Positions 36,853-48,600 of a DNA stretch of 64,000 bases are shown here, one piece after another. Source of the DNA: Macrostomum lignano (lineage: Eukaryota). The position numbers and the translations under genes are program-made. The stretch spans positions 1 to 64,000 of the forward strand of contig NIVC01000903.1 in the NCBI GenBank assembly GCA_002269645.1. Reading direction: 5' to 3'. The first letter of the stretch is position 1; every line of letters begins with the position of its first letter. Below the pieces are notes generated by a model, which was given only the letters and a program-made list of their open reading frames with translations, did no database searches and was not told where the DNA came from.

Positions 36853-37029
36853 TTCTAAGAATCATGCAAGTGAGAGTCTAGTTTCTTAGAACTGTTCACA
36901 TAAAAGTGTCATTTCGTAGAAACGTGCACAAAATAATCTACTTTCTTAGAATTACACAGCTGAGAATTTTCTTTCTAAGAAAATGACCCACTATCATATC
37001 GTCTTCAAGAGATTTCTCATTTCTAAGAA
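36853..37029. promoter_or_regulatory. Array of palindromic TTCNNNGAA motifs at exact 30-bp spacing (candidate protein-binding array)
   Basis: Motifs start at 36853, 36883, 36913, 36943 and 36973, with a sixth at 37021. The intervening 20-mers are poorly conserved. Function is inferred only. Confidence 0.4.
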
Positions 37030-37059
37030 ATTGCTCAAGCATACAAAGATAAATAATCC

Positions 37060-37270
37060 ACCGTTTAAAGCCATCAAAGGTGTTTCAAACCTCAGTCTGT
37101 TCTTCAATCTCCTTGTCAGACTTCTGAGCGCCAATAAGCCGCATCCCGATGCCGAAATCAGGCGGATCTGCAATTTTGATGGGGGGTTCGATTCGGATGT
37201 ATACAAAGCCTACCTGGCAGCACACTGCATGGGTTGCCGTAAAGAAGGGGGTCACTTTCACAATTTTTAA
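37060..37270 (+). pseudogene. Possible C-terminal remnant of a Tc1/mariner-type transposase
   Basis: ..LLSANKPHPDAEIRRIC..CMGCRKEGGHFHNF* resembles the typical 'VY..KP..EL..I ... C....GGHFE' C-terminus. No DDE core is visible. Confidence 0.3.
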
Positions 37271-37629
37271 CGTATTATATCAAACAGTTTGTATGAAAAC
37301 ACGTAATTGAACAAGTCAAACAAAAAATCGAACTACACTAACATTCAATGTCCGAAGCAGACTACTGCTGAGCACACAAGTAGGGCGCAGCGAAAAAATA
37401 GTTCAAAATACGTTTGTAGGCACGTGTTAAAGATATGAAAAAATAGTAGGAAAACATATTGAATCTATAAACGCTCGCACTCGGAAATCGTACAATTAAT
37501 ATTTGCTGGAGACTGCAAAACTTACGAGCGTAATTGTCGAGATGGGAAGGTTTCAAGTTTTTTAGCACTGAATTCCCAATATCTCGCCTATTGGACTTCC
37601 GAATTGCATATTAAATCGATAATTATACA

Positions 37630-37877
37630 CTGTAATTGACTGCAACTGCCCTAATGGCAGATGTGCAACCGACAGCTCAGCCGCAGCTATTGCGCGGCGC
37701 ATCTGAAGGCTGCGTACGGCTGTTCAGTCCAAGGACTGGGGGGTCGCCACACACCCTCAATTACCCCAGCAAATGCTGGCACCCATTTTACAGCTGGGTG
37801 AACTGAAGCAATGCAGAGTGAAGTGTCTTGCACAAATTGTTCCGAGTAGGTCGCTCTAACCCCCAGGCTGCAACTCC
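37630..37877 (-). mobile_element. tRNA-derived CORE-type SINE, copy with a partly deleted head
   Basis: ~170 bp nearly identical to 53365-53545; contains CAAGACACTTCACTCTGCATTGCTTCAGTTCACCCAGCTGTAAATGGG. Confidence 0.8.
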
Positions 37878-38929
37878 TATTTCAATTGCAAACGGAGCAA
37901 GTATGTGCTTCATCAGAGTTGATCCACGAGTTGAGTTGATGCGACAAAAAGGCGACTGTTGCGTCAAAAGCACGTGCGTCAAATGAGTTGTAGAATCGTA
38001 ACAGTCACGAAAGAGTCGTCCAAGAATCGTTGTGTTGGCGCTTAACTTTCTACTAACTCAGTAGGCTTGTTAGAGTTCAAATAAATACGTCACACTGAGT
38101 GTTTATTGCGTAACTGTAACTCTCGACTCTGTTGCGCATCCAGAGCAGAAATTGATTCTTAGGCGACTCTTTGGCGACTATTACGGCGACATCTCGTCGA
38201 TTTAGAATCGTCTAAGAATGTGTCACTTCTTTCCTTTTTTACCTGGTGTTACCTGCAACGCACCTGAAACGACCCTGCAAAGGACGCAAGTGACTCTGGG
38301 ACACTTCTTGCCCTGAGTAGCGTTTTTATCAGGTGAGATACTGCGAATTCGGTGCTTAAAAAGCGGAAAAAATTGCCTATCGATCTCGCCAATGCTTTTC
38401 GCAGCGAAATTCGCACGAATCCTTCTGTTGCAGCGGTCTGTGGTTGTAAAATCAGTTCTCGCTGCACTTATTTGACCAAATACATGTACTTAGCAACGAA
38501 TAAATGGTAAATTAAATATAAAAAACTGTCAGCTATTCTATTGAAAAAAGGTGAACGGCAAAGTTGAAGATCAACAGAACAGATCTAAGGAATGAAAAAA
38601 ATGCACACACACAGAAGCAAAACAGAGGCGGCATAGAGAGAGAGAGACGCGATTAGGAAAAGTACAAACCATTGTCCTGATCGATTGGGGTCAGCTTGGC
38701 CGGCACCAATCTCAAGCTGGGCAGTCGAAAGCCTGATTCGTATGCATGACAAGTATTTTCATCGTTTTTTTCACTAAAACTTAACTTTGAGTCCGATATC
38801 AGCCAATGGAATCATCATGCGGGGACATGCTAATTATACCCGAAGCACATGCTGGGGCCCAATATAATTTAAGAAATATCTTGATAACTTGGAGTAGTTC
38901 CATTTAGATAGGAATGAAAGTTCGGTAAG

Positions 38930-39930
38930 TCTTAGACTCTGAGATCTGAGAGTCTGAGATCTGAGAGTCTGAGATCTGAGAGTCTGAGATCTGAGAGTCT
39001 GAGATCTGAGAGTCTGAGATCTGAGAGTCTGAGATCTGAGAGTCTGAGATCTGAGAGTCTGAGATCTGAGAGTCTGAGATCTGAGAGTCTGAGATCTGAG
39101 AGTCTGAGATCTGAGAGTCTGAGATCTGAGAGTCTGAGATCTGAGAGTCTGAGATCTGAGAGTCTGAGATCTGAGAGTTGAGAGTCTGAGATCTGAGAGT
39201 CTGAGATCTGAGAGTCTGAGATCTGAGAGTCTGAGATCTGAGAGTCTGAGATCTGAGAGTCTGAGATCTGAGAGTCTGAGATCTGAGAGTCTGAGATCTG
39301 AGAGTCTGAGATCTGAGAGTCTGAGATCTGAGAGTCTGAGATCTGAGAGTCTGAGATCTGAGAGTCTGAGATCTGAGAGTCTGAGATCTGAGAGTCTGAG
39401 ATCTGAGAGTCTGAGATCTGAGAGTCTGAGATCTGAGAGTCTGAGATCTGAGAGTCTGAGATCTGAGAGTCTGAGATCTGAGAGTCTGAGATCTGAGAGT
39501 CTGAGATCTGAGAGTCTGAGATCTGAGAGTCTGAGATCTGAGAGTCTGAGATCTGAGAGTCTGAGATCTGAGAGTCTGAGATCTGAGAGTCTGAGATCTG
39601 AGAGTCTGAGATCTGAGAGTCTGAGATTTGAGAGTCTGAGATTTGAGAGTCTGAGATCTGAGAGTCTGAGATTTGAGAGTCTGAGATTTGAGAGTCTGAG
39701 ATTTGAGAGTCTGAGATTTGAGAGTCTGAGATTTGAGAGTCTGAGATTTGAGAGTCTGAGATCTGAGAGCCTGAGATTTGAGAGTCTTAAATTTGAAAGT
39801 CTGAGATTTGAGAGTCTGAGATCCGAGAGTCTGAGATTTGAGAATCTGAGATTTTAGAGTCTGATTTTTAGTATACGGAAAGTATGAGATTGAGAGTCTG
39901 AGATTTGAGAGTCTGGTAGTATGAGAATCT
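38930..39930. repeat. Minisatellite, 15-bp unit GAGATCTGAGAGTCT (~65 copies)
   Basis: Near-perfect from 38935 to 39620, then AGATTT variants and decay. Confidence 0.98.
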
Positions 39931-40180
39931 TCATCAGAAAATCTGAGAAAGTCTCTGAAGGTTTAATAATAGTACAACGTCTAATAATATGCGTAAGAAG
40001 TTTATTCTTGTAAAGCTGTGATCAATAAGATACGGCATGGCGCATGCAAGTCTCAATTCCCAATGCTGGATTTAGTAATTATGCGCATTGTTTTGTTTCA
40101 CCGGTAAAAATGAGACTTTTACAATTATACTATTTTGGGTCAAAATTCTCTGAAATACCTTATACATCTACCCTGTAGAG

Positions 40181-42542
40181 CAGGGATTGGCAAGCTTTTT
40201 TATCTCAAGGGCCAGATGAAGAACCAAGCGCATGGCTGTGGGCTAGAGGAGGGGAGAAAAGTGAGGGAATAGAGAAGAGAGATAAGAGAAAGCAGAGGCA
40301 AGGGAATATAAAGGCGAAGAGAGGGGAATAGAACAAGATGAAAGAGGTGAGGAGAGAGAAGAGAGACGGGAGAGAAAAGAAGAAAAAGAAAGAAAGGAAA
40401 GGAGAGGAGAGGAGAGGAGAGGAGAGGAGAGGAGAGGAGGGAGGAGAGGAGAGAAGAGAGAGAATGAAGAGAAGAGGAGAGGAGAGGACAGGAGAGAAGA
40501 GAGAGAAGGAAGAGGAGAGGAGAGGAGAGGACAGGAGAGAAGAGAGAGAAGGAAGAGGAGAGGAGAGGAGAGGAGAGAGAGAAGGAAGAGGAGAGGAGAG
40601 GAGAGGAGAGGGGAGGAGAGGAGAGGAGAGGAGAGGAGAGGAGAGGAGAGGAGAAGAGATAAGAGGAGAGGAGAGAAGAGAGAGAATGAAGAGGAGAGGA
40701 GAGGAGAGGACAGGAGAGAAGAGAGAGAAGGAAGAGGAGAGGAGAGGAGAGGAGAGAGAGAAGGAAGAGGAGAGGAGAGGATAGGGGAGGAGAGGAGAGG
40801 AGAGGAGAGGAGAGGAGAGGAGAAGAGAAGAGAGGAGAGTAGAGAAGAGAGAGAATGAAGAGGAGAGGAGAGGAGAGGAGAGGACAGGAGAGAAGAGAGA
40901 GAAGGAAGAGGAAAGGAGAGGAGAGGAGAGGAGAGGAGATGAAAGGAGAGGAGAGGAGATGAGAGGAGAGGAGAGGAGAGGACAGGAGAGAAGAGAGAGA
41001 AGAAAGAGGAGAGGAGAGAAGAGAAGAGAGAGAAGGAACAGGGGAGGAGAGGAGAGGAGAGGAGATGAAAGGAGAGGAGAGGAGATGAGAGGAGAGGAGA
41101 GGAGAGGACAGGAGAGAAGAGAGAGAAGGAAGAGGAGAGGAGAGGAGATGAGATGAGAGGAGAGGAGATGAAAGGAGAGGAGAGGAGAGGAAAGGAGAGG
41201 AGAGGAGAGGAGAGGAGAAGAGAGGAGAGTAGATGAGATGAGAGGAGGGAGGAGAGAAGAGGAGAGGAGAGGAGAGGAGAGGAGAGGAAAGGAGAGGAGA
41301 GGAGAGGAGAGGAGAGGAGAGGAGAGGGGAAGAGAAGAAAGGAGAGTAGATGAGATGAGAGGAGGGAGGAGAGGAGAGGAGAGGAGAGGAGAGGAGAGGA
41401 GAGGAGAGAAGAGGAGAGGAGAGGAGAGGAGAGGGGAGGAGAGAAGAGAGAGAAGGAACAGGGGAGGAGAGGAGAGGAGAGGAGATGAAAGGAGAGGAGA
41501 GGAGATGAGAGGAGAGGAGAGGAGAGGACAGGATAGAAGAGAGAGAAGGAAGAGGAGAGGAGAGGAGATGAGATGAGAGGAGAGGAGATGAAAGGAGAGG
41601 AGAGGAGAGGAAAGGAGAGGAGAGGAGAGGAGAGGAGAGGAGAGGAGAGGAGAGGAGAGGAGAGGAGAGGAGAAGAGAAGAGAGGAGAGTAGATGAGATG
41701 AGAGGAGGGAGGAGAAAAGAGGAGAGGAGAGGAGAGGAGAGGAGAGGAGAGGAGAGGAGAGGAGAGGAGAGGAGAGGAGAGGAGAGGAGAGGAGAGGAGA
41801 GGAGAGGAGAGGAGAGGAGAAGAGAAGAGAAGAGAGGAGAGTAGATGAGATGAAAGGAGGGAGGAGAGAAGAGGAGAGGAGAGGAGAGGAGAGGAGATGA
41901 GATGAGAGGAGAGGAGATGAAAGGAGAGGAGAGGAGAGGAAAGGAGAGGAGAGGAGAGGAGAGGAGAAGAGAGGAGAGGAGAGGAGAGGAGAGGGGAGGA
42001 GAGAAGAGAGAGAAGGAACAGGGGAGGAGAGGAGAGGAGAGGAGATGAAAGGAGAGGAGAGGAGATGAGAGGAGAGGAGAGGAGAGGACAGGATAGAAGA
42101 GAGAGAAGGAAGAGGAGAGGAGAGGAGAGAAGAGGAGAGGAGAGGAGAGGAGAGGAGAGGAGAGGAGAGGAGAAGAGAAGAGAGGAGAGTAGATGAGATG
42201 AGAGGAGGGAGGAGAGAAGAGGAGAGGAGAGGAGAGGAGAGGAGAGGAGAGGAGAGGAGAGGAGAGGAGAGAAGAGGAGAGGAGAGGAGAGGAGAGGAGA
42301 GGAGAGGAGAGGAGAGGAGAGGAGAGAGAAGAGGAGAGGAGAGGAGAGGAGAGGAGAGAAGAGGAGAAGAGATGAGGGAGGAGAGGAGAGAAGAGAGAAG
42401 AGAGAAGAGATGACAGCTGAGAAGAGACACAAACCCTGAACGGGCCGGACTGCTATTGTGAAGTTTCAAAGGACCCCGAGGGCCGGATAGAAGGGCTTTG
42501 AGGGCCAGCTGTGGCCCGCGGTCCGGAGTTTGCGGGCCCCTG
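40181..42542 (+). mobile_element. hAT (Charlie-like) MITE with a ~2.1-kb (GAGAG)n core and perfect 8-bp TSD
   Basis: TSD CTGTAGAG at 40173-40180 and 42543-42550 (7/8 match to the NTCTAGAN Charlie preference). TIRs are CAGGGATTGGCAAGCT and AGTTTGCGGGCCCCTG; subterminal GGCCCGCGG..CCGGA. Confidence 0.9.
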
Positions 42543-42670
42543 CTGTAGAGGCAGGTGTGATTAAAATTATTGCTGTGAATTCAATAGGCAATATTCTGCA
42601 TTAAAATTTAGATATTTATATAGGTTTTTAGGTTAGCTAACTAATTTAGTGGACTTTTTGCTGTTTCGCT

Positions 42671-45600
42671 TTACACTACTTTATCTATCCTACTTACAGT
42701 AGGCTCTAAGAGATATTTAGTATTTATTAGCCACTCATTAAAGTGAAGTCGGAGTTGCCAAAAAGAATTACCCTCTGGCACGACGGGCCGGGGGTGGACG
42801 CGCGGGGGCGACCGCTGGCGCTCATCCGGCGCCCGGGTCTCGTCGCTGTGGAACAGCGCCGTTGCTGTAAAGGGCGCGACGGCGGAGGCACCGGCAGCGT
42901 CAGCTGCTGAACAGTCGGAACTGAGCAGTCCGGGCGACTCCTCGGTGTCGGCTGCATCGGCAGCAGCGTTCGCTCGAGGCGCGTCGCCTCTAAGCCGTCG
43001 GCGGCGCCTTTTCGGCTGTCTCCTGTTTTTCAAAAAAAGATTTTTTTCGAAGTAATTCAAACTCGGGAGAAGGAATTAAAGTCAAAAACACCTCCACACT
43101 CTCTCAACAGCCACCCACTCCCAGTCCAGAAACCCCTCCAGAGAGCCACCCCACTCCCTGTCCTCCAAACCTTGCCGACAGCCACCTCACTCCCTGCCCC
43201 AAACTACCCCAGAAATCTCTGTCCTGAAATCCGTCCCGACAGCCACCTCACTCCCTGCCCCAAACCACCCCAGAAATCTCTGTCCTGAAATCCGTCCCGA
43301 CAGCCACCTCACTCCCTGCCCCAAACCACCCCAGAAATCTCTGTCCTGAAATCCGTCTTGACAGCCACCCCACTCCCTGCCCCAAACCACCCCAGAAATC
43401 TCTGTCCTGAAATCCGTCCCGACAGCCACCCCATTCCCTGCCCCAAACCACCCCAGAAATCTCTGTCCTGAAAACCGTCCCGACAGCCACCTCACTCCCT
43501 GCCCCAAACCACCCCAGAAATCTCTGTCCTGAAATCCGTCCCGACAGCTACCCCACTCCCTGCCCCAAACTACCCCAGAAATCTGTCCTGAAATCCGTCC
43601 CGACAGCCACCCCACTCCCTGCCCCAAACCACCCCAGAAATCTCTGTCCTGAAATCCGTCCCGACAGCCACCTCACTCCCTGCCCCAAACCACCCCAGAA
43701 ATCTCTGTCCTGAAATCCGTCCCGACAGCCACCCCACTCCCTGCCCCAAACCACCCCAGAAATCTCTGTCCTGAAATCCGTCCCGACAGCCACCTCACAC
43801 CCTGCCCCAAACCACCCCAGAAATCTCTGTCCTGAAATCCGTCCCGACAGCCACCTCACTCCCTGCCCCAAACCACCCCAGAAATCTCTGTCCTGAAATC
43901 CGTCCCGACAGCCACCCCACTTCCTCCCCCAAACTACCCCAGAAATCTCTGTCCTGAAATCCGTCCCGACAGCCACCTCACTCCCTGCCCCAAACCACCC
44001 CAGAAATCTCTGTCCTGAAATCCGTCTCGACAGCCACCCCACTCCCTGCCCCAAACCACCCCAGAAATCTCTGTCCTGAAATCCGTCCGACAGCCACCCC
44101 ACTCCCTGCCCCAAACCACCCCAGAAATCTCTGTCCTGAAATCCGTCCCGACAGCCACCTCACTCCCTGCCCCAAACCACCCCAGAAATCTCTGTCCTGA
44201 AATCCGTCCCGACAGCTACCCCACTCCCTGCCCCAAACTACCCCAGAAATCTGTCCTGAAATCCGTCCCGACAGCCACCCCACTCCCTGCCCCAAACCAC
44301 CCCAGAAATCTCTGTCCTGAAATCCGTCCCGACAGCCACCTCACTCCCTGCCCCAAACCACCCCAGAAATCTCTGTCCTGAAATCCGTCCCGACAGCCAC
44401 CCCACTCCCTGCCCCAAACCACCCCAGAAATCTCTGTCCTGAAATCCGTCCCGACAGCCACCCCACTCCCTGCCCCAAACCACCCCAGAAATCTCTGTCC
44501 TGAAATCCGTCCGACAGCCACCTCACTCCCTGCCCCAAACTACCCCAGAAATCTCTGTCCTGAAATCCGTCCCGACAGCCACCCCACTCCCTGCCCCAAA
44601 CCACCCCAGAAATCTCTGTCCTGAAATCCGTCCCGACAGCCACCCCACTCCCTGCCCCAAACCACCCCAGAAATCTCTGTCCTGAAATCCGTCTCGACAG
44701 CCACCCCACTCCCTGCCCCAAACCACCCCAGAAATCTCTGTCCTGAAATCCGTCCCGGAAGCCACCCCACTCCCTGCCCCAAACCACCCCAGAAATCTCT
44801 GTCCTGAAATCCGTCCCGACAGCCACCCCACTCCCTGCCCCAAACCACCCCAGAAATCTCTGTCCTGAAATCCGTCCCGACAGCCACCCCACTCCCTGCC
44901 CCAAACCACCCCAGAAATCTCTGTCCTGAAATCCGTCCCGACAGCCACCTCACTCCCTGCCCCAAACTACCCCAGAAATCTCTGTCCTGAAATCCGTCCC
45001 GACAGCCACCCCACTCCCTGCCCCAAACCACCCCAGAAATCTCTGTCCTGAAATCCGTCCCGACAGCCATTTCACTTCCTGCCTTGCAGAATCTCTAGAG
45101 TTTTCTCCATATCCTAGTCTTGTATTGAACTTCATGGTTGCAACAATTATTAACTTGCATACCTGGGTACCGATCCATCACTGCCGTCACTGAAACGTAA
45201 GCAGGCAGTAGGTATAATAATTTTAGACGAGACTGCAGGAATATTTTTGGCCTTGAAAATACAATAGAGATAGTAAGAGGAAATGGATGAGTAAAACTGC
45301 TGGCCACCGCTGGCCACTGAAGTTGTGAAAATATAGATTTACTGTAAAAATGCTTTTTGGGGACAGATTTTTGAGATAAGAGTTGCATTGAATGGATCGC
45401 CACGAAATGATAGCATAGAAAAAGCTATAAAAGTTCGATCATTTATTCTCCATTCAAGAATATTTGCATGTATAAAATTAATTTTGAGAAAATAATTTTT
45501 TCATAGCTCACATTGTAATCCCAAAAATGCAGTACTCGACTATTATCTATAGAAGGGTATTTGTTTTCTTTTTAAAATTAGCCACAAAACATTCACCCGG

Positions 45601-48600
45601 GACAATTTTGGACAAAAATACAATGTACGAGCGTACCACTCATTCAAAAGCGGAGGCCATATAAACAGCTTTTTGCTGTTATATTCTCTACTAATAGTTA
45701 AATATTTAGAATTTCTGCTAGTAATATACATTATATTAAGGATGTACTGTGTATAATGATATAGACATCTAAGACAGTCTGAAAGAAAAAAGATCCGGAA
45801 ATTAAAGACCAGACATCTCAAGCAGACAATCGTGCACTATTGTTGAATTTAAAAAGTTAATGTGCTACCTATTTAAGAACTTATCTATCTATTATTAAAT
45901 CATCCATACTAGCTCAGACTAGTTATATACTTACGAAGATTCATGCATGTGAAAGAATCTGAAATTTTAATTTCATTTTAAATAGTTTTTTATTGCAAAC
46001 GTCTCAATTATTCGTGTTATCGCACATAGTTGATTAGTTTATAACACACAAATCCTGATGGATTAGGATTAGCTAGTGCTAGTTAAAGGACTGCATTTAA
46101 ACAAAGTGGTCAAAAATAGTTATAACAATATCTTTGCAGGGTTTTTAAAAAATATATAATACAGACGCACTTATACGAGTACGTTAATGAAATGTTTCTT
46201 AGAAAATGCATAGGCGTGCGAAAAACACACTACGGAGATATATAGGTAGGGACTTTTAATTTTATCGGCACAAAAATATTTTAGTATAGCCTGGTTGTTT
46301 TATTGTTCTATTTATTTTTGTAAGGCTTTATTCGTAGAAATTAGATATTAAAATAGTTTTTTCGTCCGGAATGTAAAAAAATGTAGAACAAAAAATGAGT
46401 AGAGGATAACAAAATGGCTTTCTGTTTGGTTCTTCCTTTTATCGCGACGTTATCTATTAAATTATAATAGAAATAATTGTACTAATTTCTAGTTTTCCTT
46501 GACTTTTCTAAAAAGCGATGTTTCCACGTCCTAATTAAGTCGTCCTTGTCACGGGGACAGTGAAAATAGCACAACAAAAAGGAAATACAATCGTGTCTAG
46601 AAAACAAAAGATACACACATATTCCCATCATTGGGATAAAATCGCAAAATAACATACGATGGCAGCTGGGAGCCGAGGCTGACCATGCTGGCTATGGATT
46701 CCTCTCCGTCGGATATGGCGCTGCGATACAGGGTGCGAAAATAGCAGCGGAAATGTTTCAGATTGGTAATGCTGATTCCAGCTGTAAATAAATCTATTCT
46801 TTTATTGTATAGCCAACTTTCTGCTACCACCAAGAATATAGTACATTTATAACTTGTGAAATACTGTACTCAGCTGGGACACCTCATGAGCCTCACACCA
46901 AATAACAATATGAGCGTGGATTGGAGAGCCTCACGCTGTGACACATTAAATTGGGTCGGAGAGCCTCACACTATTGATTGGGTTGGAGAGCCTTACACTG
47001 AGACACACTGTATTGGGTTGGAGAGCCTCTCACTATGGATTGGGTTGGAGAGCCTCTCACTATGGATTGGGTTGGAGAGCCTTTCACTATGGATTGGGTT
47101 GGAGAGCCTCTCACTATGGATTGGGTTGGAGAGCCTCACACTATGTATTGGGTTGGAGAGCCTCTCCCTATGGATTGGGTTGGAGAGCCTCACACTATGG
47201 ATTGGGTTGGAGAGTCTTTCACTATGGATTGGGTTGGAGAGCCTTTCACTATGGATTGGGTTGGAGAGCCTTTCATTATGGATTGGGTTGGAGAGTCTTT
47301 CACTATGGATTGGGTTGGAGAGCCTTTCACTATGGATTGGGTTGGAGAGTCTTTCACTATGGATTGGATTGGAGAGCCTCACACTATGGATTGGTTTGGA
47401 GAGCCTCACACTATGGATTGGTTTGGAGAGCCTCACACTATGGATTGGTTTGGAGAGCCTCTCACTATGGATTGGATTGGAGAGCCTCACACTATGGATT
47501 GGGTTGGAGAGCCTCACACTATGGATTGGTTTGGAGAGCCTCACACTATGGATTGGTTTGGAGAGCCTCTCACTATGGATTGGATTGGAGAGCCTCTCAC
47601 TATGGATTGGATTGGAGAGCCTGACATTGGCACAAAAAATTCGCAACCGACACTACAAAGGTTCCCATTATACACAAATTGACAAATAAACTCACTTAAT
47701 GTTCCCAGAGTTGAGAATCTTCGGCACTCGATAACGTTCCTACAAGTGTAAATTGAATGCTTTAAGAGAACTGTCATGACAGAATGCAGAAAATTAACCG
47801 ATTTATCGCACGACTTTCTCACCCGTCTCATCTGCAGATGCACCTGAGACGGCACGTCCGGAATGACAGCACTGATGAAATACTTCAAGCCAAGGACCAC
47901 GTTCTGTAGGATCGATCGTTTCAACTCTTATTTAATTCACAATGGGTCACAAATGCTTAAATCGCCTGATCTCAAACCTCACCTCAACAATGAGCACAAT
48001 GCAGAGTTTTGCTGGCAGATTGTTCAACATCTCCTCAAACTGCGGCAGTTTCACCCACGAGGCTGTAAACGCGATGATGCACGCGTTGCTAATGACGCCG
48101 GCAACGTTGAGAAACTCCACGATGTCGTGCCACATGCCGATGTTCTGCGCCATCATGGCGACTGGACGACGAAAGTTCCAGAGCATCCGGTGCGCGTCGG
48201 TAGCGTTGTCGAACAGGTTGGTGAGCAGCGCGATCAGCGGAGCCAGCGGAAATGAGGCCGCGAACAACTGCTCAAGTTCGGGATTGGAGTTTCTTACTGA
48301 TAGCGAGATTTTGGGACGTTGAGTTTTCACGCGAAATAAGCCAACCTGAGCCAACCTGAGCCAATCTGAGCCAATCGGAGTCAATCTGAGCCAATCTGAG
48401 CCAATCTGAGCCAACCTGAGCCAATCTGAGCCAATCGGAGTCAATCTGAGCCAATCTGAGCCAATCTGAGCCAATCTGAGCCAACCTGAGCCAATCTGAG
48501 CCAATCGGAGTCAATCTGAGCCAATCTGAGCCAACCTGAGCCAACCTGAGCCAACCTGAGCCAATCTGAGCCAATCGGAGTCAATCTGAGCCAATCTGAG

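Noticed and set aside
40205-42469. 700+ aa Ser/Leu/Pro ORFs and Arg/Gly/Glu ORFs
   Set aside because: Translations of the (GAGAG)n core of a MITE; stop-free only because of low complexity.
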